Shown piece by piece: positions 1 through 10,951 of a DNA stretch of 64,000 nt. Below the pieces are notes generated by a model, which was not told the DNA's origin, ran no database searches, and saw only the letters and a list, made by a program, of their open reading frames with translations. Numbering within the stretch: position 1 is the first letter of the stretch; each line of letters opens with the position of its first letter. This stretch comes from Dudresnaya verticillata (taxonomy: Eukaryota). A program made the position numbers and the translations under genes. The stretch lies in assembly GCA_977862235.1 (NCBI GenBank), contig OZ374566.1:744001-808000 (forward strand), given 5' to 3'.

Positions 1-13
1 TTAAACAACGCAC

Positions 14-208
14 CTTTCTCAGTTGCGTCACGCTCTCAGTTTCAGATAGGCTCTTGGCAGCTTCAGCAGCGGACTTCGTCAGCTCTTTGGCCTGTTGGGA
101 CGTCCGAACCGCAAAACGTTGGAAGTTTGGGTTGTTCGCAAGGCCCTTGACGATAACCTCGTTCGCGAGCCATTGTGCAATTCGACCAAAGAAACCGCCA
201 GGTCCCAT
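14..208 (-). CDS. First exon of a small conserved hypothetical protein (plant 'LANSPAFQRFAVRTS'-type family); gene runs off the window's left edge
   Basis: Manual translation from ATG at 208 gives MGPGGFFGRIAQWLANEVIVKGLANNPNFQRFAVRTSQQAKELTKSAAEAAKSLSETESVTQLRK (65 codons), followed by a GTGCGT donor-like site at 13-8. Not in the ORF track. Confidence 0.7.
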
Positions 209-1070
209 GCCGAACCAACAGAATTCAGCACCCGATTCCCTGCGGGGAGTAGCACGGTAGTGCGGTGGCCTTCTCCGCAGTTATCTGATGAGCTTCACAA
301 ACGCTGCCTACTCCTTGGCAGGTAAGCAAATCACAGGTCTTCGTGGCGACTCTGAGGAGCACCACTTGAGTCTTGTGCGAGGGTATTCAGTGAGTCCCTC
401 TGGTTGGGAAGGGCTGGTGTCTGGGGCGTCGACGGCCGTGCCTATCGAGCTTACGAGACCCCCACGCATGGTGCGTTTACTACAGAAATTTCTGAAAAAT
501 AGGTTTTCCCTGAACTCTCACCAGATTGGTCGTGATGGCACTAGAGAATCCACAGGATTCATCGCACCTTCCTTTTTGAAGGCGTTGGTACTCCAGTATT
601 GTGGGTACCATGAGTCTGCTTTCAGGCCATCCATGAAGCAGACTCGTAATGATACTTCATTTGACAAGTGAAAAACATTCATGCGGAAGCTTCATGTAGT
701 CTGCAAATGCTTCATCTGTATGGCGTGGGCATTCAGAAGTTGTATTCCCGAAAGAAGCTTTCAGCTGAGACCGAGGCTCCATCATTGTCAGCACTATGAA
801 CTCTGTCGTCGGCGCTATTGCAGGTGTCTTGGTACCAAGAAACAGTTTTCCGACATTCATATTGGTAGGTTTACAAGACTTGTTTTCGGCTAGTCAGAAG
901 AGGTGAGGGCCAATGGTCAACACAAACGAAGGAGTCGGTCGCGCGTGGTACTAAAACAAACGCATGCCTTGTTCCAGATTCAAGTAGCACACTACTTGCG
1001 CTTTGATTCCAAAATATACTCAGTTTAGCGCTGGAAAGAAGAGGAGCTGGTGAATCCTGCCATCCCAAGG

Positions 1071-2691
1071 CTATGCCATTCGTATCTGATAGTCACCTGC
1101 TACCAGCTTATAGCGCACCCATGGAGAGGCAGCGTATCCTGACTTCTCGACAACCTTTAAAAACCTTACTTGCAAGCCCGATATTGTGAAGTAAGGTACT
1201 TCGAACTCCATAGTAATTGGCCTTTTCGTAGCATTCTCTCGTTCTTGATGTTTTCCAATACTGGGCAGGGAGAAGTGCCCGCGCATCACTGCGTCCCGCC
1301 CCGCCTTGAACTGTTTGAGAGACCAAACAACCGCATCTTTGTCCGGGGCATACTTGGCCTTTCCAGAAGTGCACTTGAAACTCGGGGATACAACATCGGG
1401 CAGAACAGGAACAAAGATTTTCACGTTGTTGGCAACAGCTCGTGGCTTGAGCTGTGTTCGAGCCTTCACAACGTAGTCTACGCGTGTTGGTCGCTGTTCA
1501 ATAATCGCGTCAACCCAGATTGGAGGCTTAACTTGTGTATTCAAACGATAGCTCATGAGTTCAAAAGCTCCGTCTGGAGGAATAAAGGAGATGGTGCGAT
1601 CGTTCTCGAACTTCGCTAGCCTTACGCACTGGTGGAACTTAATGTCTTCCAAATCGACGGACTTTCCCTTGCGTTCGGGGCCACCATTGGCAGCGCTAGC
1701 TTCAAACTGTAACCTGTCGTTTAGCCCGAGCTTCAAATTCGGCATACCGCTGAGATACGATTTCATCATGAGCTTCCCGATGATCTCCGAGCGTAGCAGG
1801 TTACCAGACCCCGAAACGAGAATGTTGACCTTCTCGATGACATCGAGAAAGACTTCGTTTCTAGAGTGTTTGATTCCTTCGCTTCTCCAACTTACGGCGT
1901 TCGTCGCTGCCACGGGAAGCCCGGTAGATTCGGAAACACGGTAATCTTGAGTGATGTACTGCCGCAATATCTTCGATTCCGAAATCTGTGGAAACCCAAA
2001 GTCCATCATTTCATCCAGGAGCTCGTAGATGACGACAAAATTGTCGCGAATGGACTCCTCGTGCACGTCTTTGAAGTACGAAGTGAATACCTCAACCAGT
2101 TTGTACAAGAAAGCAAGGATCATGGTTGCGTTTGAGTTCTTCCTAGTAACTGCACAGAGAAATATGTTGGCATGTCGGATGTGGATGAAGGTGATGCCAT
2201 TCTCTTCCACGCGCAAGAATGGTGTGACCTTGGAGTCCTGCAAGCAGGCAAATGACACACAGAGGAAGTTTGGATAGGTCAGTCCGGAATGCTCTCCTTT
2301 GTGGAGTGGGTCTACTTGGCATCAGAAAGCGGTATCTTACATCGTCTGCTTGAATGACTCGTGTCTTAAAGTCCGAAATGACATCCATCGGTACATCACC
2401 TCGAAAGTTGCGAGAAATCAAGGTCTGAAGCATCGATACACAATGGAATGGTGTTAGTTCCGTGCTCCCAAGCAGGGAAGATAGAGTTTGTCGAAGCGAA
2501 AGGCATTGAACAGTAGAATCGTTCCGCACACATACCTTTCCTCGCGAATCGAGGATGAACACTGCCGAGGCCTGTTTCTCATCAAAACCGAAAGGATTGC
2601 AAGGAGCCATCGGAAAATAGCAAGTTAGAACCGCGCGATCTGGGCATCAGCTGTATCCGGTATACAGAGAGAATGGAACACATACCACCAT
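1071..2691 (-). CDS. AP1M: Clathrin adaptor AP-1 complex mu subunit; 4 exons: 2691-2686, 2571-2536, 2424-2341, 2237-1071 (430 aa)
   Basis: Spliced product MV|ASAVFILDSRGK|TLISRNFRGDV...QADD|DSKV...EESIRDNFVVIYELLDEMMDFGFPQ...VSWRSEGIK...FHQCVRL...ISFIPPDG...FTISGLQVRFLK...WVRY. Introns are GTATGT..CAG (114 nt), GTATGT..CAG (111 nt) and GTAAGA..CAG (103 nt), all phase 0. Confidence 0.95.
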
Positions 2692-3348
2692 CTTTGCGCT
2701 CACAGGAAGCCAGTCGGATACGGCGGGACCGCGACACGTCCTCGCTTGAATGCAAGAATGAAGAGAATCGTCAGGACTTAGGGCACCAGCTGTGCAGAAG
2801 CATGCTCAAATGGTAGACTGTACGCATTCCCGGAGAACTGCACCAGAGTGTTGGGGCAAGAGAGGGGCTTTTTGGTGAGACTGAAGACCGGATTATTGAC
2901 GGTGGCGTGGCGCATGTGGAGTGCGTGAGTGCAAGTCGATGTCAGAACTGCAGCGTCAGTTCGTCAGAGACCAGGTGATCGGGATCCGTTAGTCTAGAAG
3001 ACGTGGGAGTTAACGATTGGTCCAGCTATGCAGGCCAACTTTAGCCAATTAAATGTTGTTTCATGGTGATTTTCTGTAATGGAGGAACACGAGCCAATTG
3101 GAACCACGTGTCGCAGCATCGAGAAATTCACCTGTAATGCTCTTCATGAAGAACCGCGCGGGCCTTGGAGCTTCCCGATTCGTCCTCGGAGAGGAAAAGC
3201 TGCCATCGTCGCCGTAGTTTTCCACTACCTTCGAAGGTGCCCCTCCCCGAAGAAGACCTGTGTGGAAACACAACTGCCTTGAGCTGCTACTACAGAACCG
3301 CAACTGATTTCTTGTTGGGATCTGAGGCGACGCCCCTGTTGAAAGAGA

Positions 3349-3954
3349 ATGGCGCCAATCCCTGCCAACGAGGAAGCGCTCCGCGACGCCGCAGAGAAGC
3401 TCACTCCGGGAAGTGAAGTTCGTGTAGCACTCAAAGAGACAGACTCATTTGACGCTGTCAAGATGACGATGCTATTATCTGGATTCATTGACATAAATCA
3501 AGTCTCCCCATCAGAGGCGTCTGGTCGTCTCCCGGCCTACGGCAAAGGCGCGTCGGTGGATCTGAGCGCAAAGCCGAAGAAGGCAGACGCTGCGTCTGCG
3601 TGGGCTGCTGCGCTGGCTTCTCATGGTGACGTGCCACGCGTGGACGAGGCCTCTCTGTTGGAGCGTGACGGTGTGCCAGCCGGTGGCGCGGAGTGTGCCC
3701 CCGACGTGTCTGGGAAGCGCAAACCGTGTAAGGACTGCAGCTGCGGTCTTGCGGAGGTATACGCAAACGAGCAAGGGAAGGTGGGCGAGGTAACGTCAGC
3801 ACCTGTCGTCGGAGAGCAGAAGAAGAGCTCGTGCGGGAACTGTTCGCTCGGCGACGCGTTCCGTTGCGCTTCTTGCCCATACCTTGGGCTCCCACCATTC
3901 AAACCTGGGGAGAAGGTTGCGCTGCCGTCATCGTTGATGACTTCTGACATTTAG
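3349..3954 (+). CDS. DRE2: Anamorsin/Dre2 Fe-S cluster assembly protein (short form)
   Basis: C-terminal motifs C-x10-C-x2-C-x-C ([18 protein letters not shown]) and C-x2-C-x7-C-x2-C ([31 protein letters not shown]); LLSGF end of the N-domain. Confidence 0.93.
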   Translation: MAPIPANEEALRDAAEKLTPGSEVRVALKETDSFDAVKMTMLLSGFIDINQVSPSEASGRLPAYGKGASVDLSAKPKKADAASAWAAALASHGDVPRVDEASLLERDGVPAGGAECAPDVSGKRKPCKDCSCGLAEVYANEQGKVGEVTSAPVVGEQKKSSCGNCSLGDAFRCASCPYLGLPPFKPGEKVALPSSLMTSDI

Positions 3955-4004
3955 ATGGGCACTGTTCTGCAGCAACAGATGCGGTGCGGGTACGTGAGGT
4001 TCTG

Positions 4005-5060
4005 TTACTGTGCTAGCGCGTGTTGCACTGCGTCGTGGACGTTGTCCATTACAATGTCTGCTGGGTGCTCAGCGTCATTTTCTGCGCCGTTGAAGTTGCC
4101 TGTTCGAACAAGGACGGATATCCATGGACCACCGCGGTTGTTTGCCCCTTGGATATCAGAATGTGGATTGTCCCCTACGGCGAATATCGAGTGCGGGTGG
4201 CTAGAACCGCAAAAGCCTAGTCTCTGTGCTTGTGTCCGCAGTGCGTCCTCCGCAAGCTGATAGTTCGCTGCGAACGGCTTGCCATATTGTACAGAACGCA
4301 GCCCCCGCCCGTTTGTAAACCTTGCAAAGACGGCCTCCAACGCAACGCGAAACGACCCTCCTGCCAGTCTTGGCAAATGGTATTCTCCAGGAAACGTGAT
4401 GTCAGGATTAGAGAAGTAAAGATCGACTACCTGCTTTGCGGATGGTATCCTCTGCACAGTTCCATCTGAAGCGAGAATATCGACGAGGATTTGTATATCT
4501 CTTCCCCAGTCGCGCGAATCGGCCATGACAAAGATGGCTGCTGTTGACAGTATAGCAACATCCTCTTCAGACCTTGTCAGTTCAGGGGAATGCGAGAAGG
4601 TCGTAAACGGTGTAGCCACTTTGGAACTCTGCGCGAGTCGCTCAACAGCGATTACGCGCTGGAACCCATATGATCTTGCTACTTCTGCACATGGCGGTGG
4701 TCCGACGGTGACGATATTATGGTCAGGCATAGCGTTGTAGCGATCAACGTATTCTCGCATCGGTGTATGCGCGAGAACGACTTGACTTTCGTGTACAGGA
4801 ACGTCGAATTGTTCCGACAGGAACGCTGCCCTTTGCGATTCAGTATGCCCTCCGCCATTCGTCAGGAATGCAACCGGGGCTCGCCATGCGTTAGACCCGT
4901 GGTCGTAGAGCAGGTGTAGAGCAGCCCGGCCTGCTTTCAATGGCTTTCTTCCACGAAGCAAAACACCGTCTATATCGAAAGCGAAAGAAGGGCCAGAATA
5001 ACGTGCCGGGGTACTCAACCGTCTGAGGACTTTCGAGAATCGTGACTGCAATGCTCGCAT
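4005..5060 (-). CDS. HAD subfamily IIA hydrolase, CECR5/HDHD5-like, probably mitochondrial
   Basis: FAFDIDGVL motif I, LTNGGG, YGKP, VGDNPHSDIQGAN, LVRTG; Arg/Ser-rich N-terminal presequence. Confidence 0.88.
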   Translation of the reverse strand: MRALQSRFSKVLRRLSTPARYSGPSFAFDIDGVLLRGRKPLKAGRAALHLLYDHGSNAWRAPVAFLTNGGGHTESQRAAFLSEQFDVPVHESQVVLAHTPMREYVDRYNAMPDHNIVTVGPPPCAEVARSYGFQRVIAVERLAQSSKVATPFTTFSHSPELTRSEEDVAILSTAAIFVMADSRDWGRDIQILVDILASDGTVQRIPSAKQVVDLYFSNPDITFPGEYHLPRLAGGSFRVALEAVFARFTNGRGLRSVQYGKPFAANYQLAEDALRTQAQRLGFCGSSHPHSIFAVGDNPHSDIQGANNRGGPWISVLVRTGNFNGAENDAEHPADIVMDNVHDAVQHALAQ

Positions 5061-5599
5061 CCTGCCTTCTCCTCGATTCTTTCTCTCTCGACGAGTTGCG
5101 TTCTGCTTTCACGTAGAATCCAAGTACCAAGCAACTTTTACGAGTGAATATGGTGGACCAAACGCAGAAAATAGCTCGGCAGGCTCCACTTTGGGTACAG
5201 TTATCAACAGTACAATAATGAAGCCTCGGCGAGACGGCTACTCTTCGAGCAGCATGGACTCTGCGAGAAGATTTTCGAAGCTGTCTGCGTGACTGACTCA
5301 AGGCGAGAATGCATCAGAATGTGGCTGAAAGATTCTGTGAATCGTTTTTTATTGGATGTTGCCTGTCCAAGACACAAAATGATTGGTCAGATGATCCGAA
5401 TTCGATTCGCTTGAGAGAACCGTACAGCAGCAGTCGCTGATGACCCCATTCACTATTTTCTCCCGATTGCGATGCATCACCAGCCCCGTTTATCGAGCAG
5501 CGGCTTATTGCTAGATAGGCGCTCGTGCTCGTTATCTGAAAGTCGGTGAATCTCGATAAGAGTCCGTGGGGAAGACGGAAAAGGAAGGCATTTTTCGAG

Positions 5600-6973
5600 A
5601 TGAAGGGCACCGGCTCGCAGTTGCTACCGTCTGAACCGCCAAAAGCCATGGTGGCAGAGACCCATGTCGGCATCTCATCAAATGCTTCGCTGTCTGCCAC
5701 AATGAATGAGCGAGTGGTAGTGACGTTCACAGGAAGGGATCGTCGAGGCACGGCAAGTAGTGTTGTAACTGCTGTGGCAGACGCCAAGGCAGTGCTTGTC
5801 GACATACGCCAGACAGTTGTACACGGACGAATGACTTTGGTTGTCGAGGTACAGCTCCCGCCATCGCCGGCAGGGACGACTTCTCGGATTTACAGGAGCT
5901 TATTGTCAGTTGCAAATTCGTTACAGCTTTCGGCCGACTTCAATCTTACACAACCGACGAAGGAGATCCCAGAAGAGCAGCGAAACCCAGTCCATTATGT
6001 TCTCACGTTGATGTCGATGGATTCCATATCCCCAGCCTTCCTTGCACGGCTCGCGGAGGCTTTGGCGAAGAGAGCTTTCTCGACTCGAAAAATCTCGAGG
6101 CTGAGTGCAGATGGACTGCGTTGCGTCGAGCTCGTTGTGTCCTCTGGTGGTGACCTGACTCCTGCACAGCTAGGTGAAGTGCGTGCCGACATGTACGCAC
6201 TGGGCAAGGAAGAAGGGCTCGATGTTGCTTTCCAAGCTGAGTCGGTTTTGCGAAGGTCCAAGCGGCTGGTTGTTTTTGACATGGATAGTACTCTAATCCA
6301 ACAGGAGGTTATTGATGAGCTGGCGAGGTATGCCGGGGTGTTCGAACGGGTCAAGGAGATAACGCATTGTGCTATGGAAGGAAAACTGGACTTTAACCAA
6401 AGCCTTTCCCAGCGTGTGGCGCTCTTGAAGGGTACACCAACTAGCGTGTTCGACAAAGTCATTGGAAATTTACAATACACTCCGGGAGCCAGGGAGTTAT
6501 GCCGAACGCTCAAAAGGCTCGGGTACCGGCTAGCAGTTATTTCGGGGGGTTTCACAAAGGTGACCGCACATGTACGAAACGAGCTCGGGCTTGACTACGA
6601 TTACGCCAATCAGCTAGAGGAAGTCAATGGCAAGTTCACCGGTCGAACTATCGGAGCAGTGGTAAATGCGCAGCGCAAAGCCGATTTGCTGATGACAATA
6701 GCGCAACAGGAACGAATTACTCTAGATCAGGTGATCGCTGTTGGAGATGGGGCCAACGATCTGCCTATGCTTGGTACAGCTGGGCTTGGAGTTGCGTTTA
6801 ATGCAAAGCCGGCTGTACAAGAGGCTGCCAACTTCCGTATCAATCAGCCGAGTCTGACGACCGTTCTCTATTTGCTCGGCCTTTCCGAAGAAGACCAAGC
6901 GGAGCTGAATGGACATGGCGAAGCTTTGCTAGAAGCTGAGAAGAACAGCACGGAGAACGGCGTGAAGAACTAG
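5600..6973 (+). CDS. serB: Phosphoserine phosphatase with N-terminal ACT domain(s); start at ATG 5600, 5648 or 5702
   Basis: ACT-like VTFTGRDRRG...DIRQTVVHG; PSP motifs RLVVFDMDSTLIQQEVIDELA, ISGGF, K, GDGANDLPM, AFNAKP. Confidence 0.93.
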   Translation: MKGTGSQLLPSEPPKAMVAETHVGISSNASLSATMNERVVVTFTGRDRRGTASSVVTAVADAKAVLVDIRQTVVHGRMTLVVEVQLPPSPAGTTSRIYRSLLSVANSLQLSADFNLTQPTKEIPEEQRNPVHYVLTLMSMDSISPAFLARLAEALAKRAFSTRKISRLSADGLRCVELVVSSGGDLTPAQLGEVRADMYALGKEEGLDVAFQAESVLRRSKRLVVFDMDSTLIQQEVIDELARYAGVFERVKEITHCAMEGKLDFNQSLSQRVALLKGTPTSVFDKVIGNLQYTPGARELCRTLKRLGYRLAVISGGFTKVTAHVRNELGLDYDYANQLEEVNGKFTGRTIGAVVNAQRKADLLMTIAQQERITLDQVIAVGDGANDLPMLGTAGLGVAFNAKPAVQEAANFRINQPSLTTVLYLLGLSEEDQAELNGHGEALLEAEKNSTENGVKN

Positions 6974-7071
6974 AGTAGCCTCACGAGCGACAAGCGAGAC
7001 AGCGGATCGGCATTCTGTACAATAGCACTTGTCCCAAACCCACAATACACGTGCCCATCCAACCCAACGAC

Positions 7072-7461
7072 TTACAATTCCGACTTGACAAACAAGCCCA
7101 CCTCCTTCTCGAGCTGCTCCCGCGCATCGTCATCCGGAAGCTCAGGCATCTCAACGTTGAGGAAGTCGTGGAAGTCGATCTTCTCAACAGTGCGGTCGAG
7201 CAAAGCTAGACCCAGGTGTGACGACGGCAGGCCCGGCAGACGGCGGAACTGCGACAGGGTCTCGCGCTCCATCATGCGGCGCATCGGAAGAGCCGCACCG
7301 TAGACGGCGGCTTGCAAGCGGCGGCGTGCGGCGGCCTCGTTCAAACGCGCGGACTTCTCAATCTCGGCCACCGGGTGGATTACTGATGCTTCGTACTTGA
7401 GCGTCGATAGTGCAGTCGGGTCCTGCGCCTGCAGCGGCGCGGTCGGCTTGGAGGATGACAT
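7072..7461 (-). CDS. UMP1: Proteasome maturation factor UMP1/POMP
   Basis: HPVAEIE, VYGAALPMRRMME, RLPGLPSSHLGL, IDFHDFLN, LEKEVGL; 129 aa. Confidence 0.88.
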   Translation of the reverse strand: MSSSKPTAPLQAQDPTALSTLKYEASVIHPVAEIEKSARLNEAAARRRLQAAVYGAALPMRRMMERETLSQFRRLPGLPSSHLGLALLDRTVEKIDFHDFLNVEMPELPDDDAREQLEKEVGLFVKSEL

Positions 7462-9364
7462 TGCTTCGGTGACGCTCTCCTCACGGGATCGAAATGGGAT
7501 AGGAGAGAGGCTGTGCTCAACAGGCGGGAATGGGATGCGGATCGGCCTGTGAGAGCTGGTGAGGGCGCTGGATTAAGAGCGTGGAAGGCAGTTGTTGTGA
7601 TGAGTCCTACGTGCGGGGCAGAAGCCCATGGAAAGGGCAATTCGATAGCCAAATTGACTCGATTCGGGGCGAAGCATGCCTGGATTTTTCATAATTTTTG
7701 AGAGCCCCTCCGTCGATACTGAGAGCTCTTCCCAGCGCCGAAGCGGTCCAAAGTGCGGAGCAATTTTTCGTCGTAGCAGTTTCATTTTGTTCCACAACAA
7801 AATTGTCGCAATAGTAGTTGCATGTCCGCAGCTACTACACTATGAAGAGAAGTGGAGGCCTTTTCAGACTTCCAGACCGCTATTGCTTCAAAGTCGAAGT
7901 AGGCAAAGTAGCAATATTCACAAGATTCCAGAATGAGGGACATCTGAACAGGATAAAGAATACTTTGCGACAAATGCAATTTGGCTGTTGATTCTATTGC
8001 TCTTCATGAGAGCTTCGCTGCAATGCTACTGAACAATGTATTCGAAACGCGTGAACCCACTGCACTGTGTTCTGTCATGTTTGCCGGGAACCGCTTGCTG
8101 CCTAAAAGCTTGCGCTCTCCGACAAACACTGAGCTCTTGCTGGGTGCGATATGGTTGGTACCAACAGTAGCGCAGGGGCCAAAGAGCTGAATACACTGGC
8201 TGAAGACATTCTGAACGCTTGCCCAAGTGCGCACTACGAGTTGGAGCTGATGTCAATCTACGTAACGCTCAAGAGAAAAGTATTGCAACTGAAAAAAGAA
8301 ACCCGAGTCACAGGGCGGGACAGGGCATGTCGGTAATGCGGACTGCCCCGACAAGATCTGCGCCAAGAGAGGCGGGGCGAGCAGCGGGCATGCAAGGGGT
8401 GTTGAGCGGCGACTGCGGTACGCCGATGTCATAACAGCGGGGCGCGGCGTCTTTGTGCGGTGGCGTGCGGTGTATCCTGCAGAACAGCTACATGCAGTAC
8501 GCCGTATTGCCGGATGCGTAGCGGAGGGCGTTGCCGCGGCGAGGGGCGCAACGGAACGGAATGCAACGCCATTCGCACCCGACCCAGGGCCGCTGCCACG
8601 GTTCGAAAGGAGAGGGAAGGCAAGCTGCGCGCACACGCTGCTCCCTCTTGGGCGGGGCACGCTTCACTGTGGAAGACGGCTTGTAACTTCTGACCCGGTG
8701 GAACAAGAAGCCCAGCGCGGTAGTGCGCTGCGCGTGCAGTGCTGGCCGCTAGAGGCTCCAAGCGGTCTCCATATGAGACATGGGCGAGTTTTTCGGGCCG
8801 CCGTCGGAATTTCGGGCTGAGTTTTTGCGCCGAAACGCGAAACGCGGAAAAAGCTGAGAAAGCGTTCTGCGTGTGCGTGCCCAGCGCGCGGGCGGCTGCA
8901 GCGATCCGCAGTTGGTCCGCGGAGCGCCCGACGGGTCGGCATCAGCAGCGGCGTCCATTCATAAATCGGCCACGTGTGCGCGCAGAACTCGTGTTCGCGC
9001 AGTGCGCAAGACGCGCACGCGGTTCCGCGCCAGTGCCAACCGGCCGCAGCAAAGCGCTGGTCCATACCAACCCTTCTCTGCCGGCCGCCGAGAAGCCTCA
9101 CAGCGTGTGTGAGCGCGGCCTGTTTCCGCCCGCGCCTCAACGCAAGCCGCACCGAACAGCCCCGCACGTGCGCCCGCCTTCGCCCGCGCGCCCGCTCCCA
9201 CCCGGCGCCCTCGCACCCGCTCGCTCGCAACCACGCCAACAACCACGAAAGCCCTGCGCGCACGCCACCGCCCCCGCACCGCCCCTACGACATCCGCGCC
9301 ACCGCGCGCTGCCCGCATGTGGGGCGAGTCCGCCGCGCGCGCCTCGCACGGCAGGAAGGACGCC

Positions 9365-10951
9365 ATGGCCGTGTCGCCTGCCCCGGATGACGACGAGGAG
9401 GCGCTTTTCGCGGACAAGCTGCGTCGCTTCGACGCCGCCGACACCTCGTTTCGCAACCTCGTCGAGTCGTTGGCTGAGTACAAGACCGCCGTCGTGAAGG
9501 CGGCTGAGTGCGGCGTTGCAGTCGCCGCTCAGATGGACACCTTCTTCGCCCCTCACGACCGCGATCAGAAGCAGCTGGCATCCAAGTTTCTCGACTCGCA
9601 GCACGCCATTCGCGCAAAATGGCTGGGAGACGCCGAGAAGACCTTCGAGGCCGACGTGCTTGCGCCTATCAAGAGCCGCTTGGATGAGATTCCCAAGGTC
9701 CGCGACTACATCAAGCAGCGAGCAGCCGCTTTGGCAGAGATGCAAAAGCGACAGAAGAAGTTGCAGAGCGAGCGGAAGCGGGACGGGTCACGCTTACGCG
9801 ACAAACAGCGTCGTCTCAAGGAAATATCAAACCGCTACGCAATGTTTCATGACGAAGTCAATCAGCGCTTCAACTACATCGACCGCAATATGGGTACATT
9901 TGTCACAGCCCCACTGCGCTCGCTCGTGTCTGTTATGGCGGATGTTGCCAATGCTACGGAGCAGTCTCTGGACGATGTCCTTAAACTTGTCGCGGAGACC
10001 CCTCCCATTACGAAAGACTTGTCTCCATCAGCGCCGATGACAAATCTGACAGACGTGGCAGGGGGTATCGTTGATCAGGAGACGTGGGATGATTCATATG
10101 CGTTTGATGACGATGACGACGAAAACGAAGATGAACAAGAAGTGGAAGACGGGGACACTGACTCTGCGAGCGCGCGAGCGAGTGGCCGTAGACCACCTCG
10201 CGGTCGTGTCCGAAGCGCCGACGCTGTAACAAAGGGGCCGAATATTTCCCTCTCTGCGCTTGATGCCAGCATAGGCCTTGATTTGGGCTCAGTAACGAGT
10301 CCAAGGAGGGGTCGATCTGCCACGTCAACCCCCGTTGATGGCACAACTGTGTACTCTCCAACCTTCTCCCTACCGTTAGCTTCCTCTGTCTCTGGTGGCC
10401 CGCAAAGGGAATCTAACGGGGCACCAGGTTCGGCGTCAGGAAGAGTAGCGCACCATGGTCATGAACCATACTATCTGCCTTCAGTCGGCACATCCGCGGC
10501 GAGTAGCACATCCACGGAAAATGTTACATCCGAAGTTGGCCTTAGAGGCTCTTCGTCCGTGATGGAGACATTTCAGCATCGCAGACGGAGGGAGGGGAGG
10601 GGTAGCGGTGACACGGTAGATTCTGGAGATCAAGTCGTGAAGCAGGAGGTACTAATGCGCCTCGTCGCTATCTACGACCACGTACCCCAAGAACCGAACG
10701 AATTGGAAATTCACGTAGGGGATGTAATTGAAGTTAGCGCCAAGAATGACAGCGGCTGGTGGTGCGGGCGCTGTGGAAAGTCGAAAGGGTATTTCCCTAA
10801 GAACTACACGCGAGCGCTCACTGAACAAGAGGAACTAGAATACCTTGCCGAGCGAAGAAGAAGAAGACGGCGAGGACACAGGCGGCAAGAATCGCGCGAG
10901 TCGCGACGGTCGGGTCAAACAGCTTCTCAGTCATCACTTGCTATTTTGTGA
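9365..10951 (+). CDS. BAR-like coiled-coil + acidic/Ser-rich linker + SH3 domain protein
   Basis: N-terminal helical region (FEADVLAPIK...IKQR), Asp/Glu tract, SH3 AIYDHVPQEPNELEIHVGDVIEV...GWWCG...GYFPKNY, Arg-rich tail. Start set at GCCATGG 9365. Confidence 0.8.
   Translation: MAVSPAPDDDEEALFADKLRRFDAADTSFRNLVESLAEYKTAVVKAAECGVAVAAQMDTFFAPHDRDQKQLASKFLDSQHAIRAKWLGDAEKTFEADVLAPIKSRLDEIPKVRDYIKQRAAALAEMQKRQKKLQSERKRDGSRLRDKQRRLKEISNRYAMFHDEVNQRFNYIDRNMGTFVTAPLRSLVSVMADVANATEQSLDDVLKLVAETPPITKDLSPSAPMTNLTDVAGGIVDQETWDDSYAFDDDDDENEDEQEVEDGDTDSASARASGRRPPRGRVRSADAVTKGPNISLSALDASIGLDLGSVTSPRRGRSATSTPVDGTTVYSPTFSLPLASSVSGGPQRESNGAPGSASGRVAHHGHEPYYLPSVGTSAASSTSTENVTSEVGLRGSSSVMETFQHRRRREGRGSGDTVDSGDQVVKQEVLMRLVAIYDHVPQEPNELEIHVGDVIEVSAKNDSGWWCGRCGKSKGYFPKNYTRALTEQEELEYLAERRRRRRRGHRRQESRESRRSGQTASQSSLAIL

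Noticed and set aside
288..893. Short + strand ORFs with a GTAAGC donor after MSFTNAAYSLA (EMC5-like impression)
   Set aside because: No splice combination tried gave a coherent protein; the similarity is too short to support a call.
7500..8700. Cluster of 60-130 aa ORFs between UMP1 and the BAR-SH3 gene
   Set aside because: No motifs or coding-like composition; treated as intergenic/promoter sequence.
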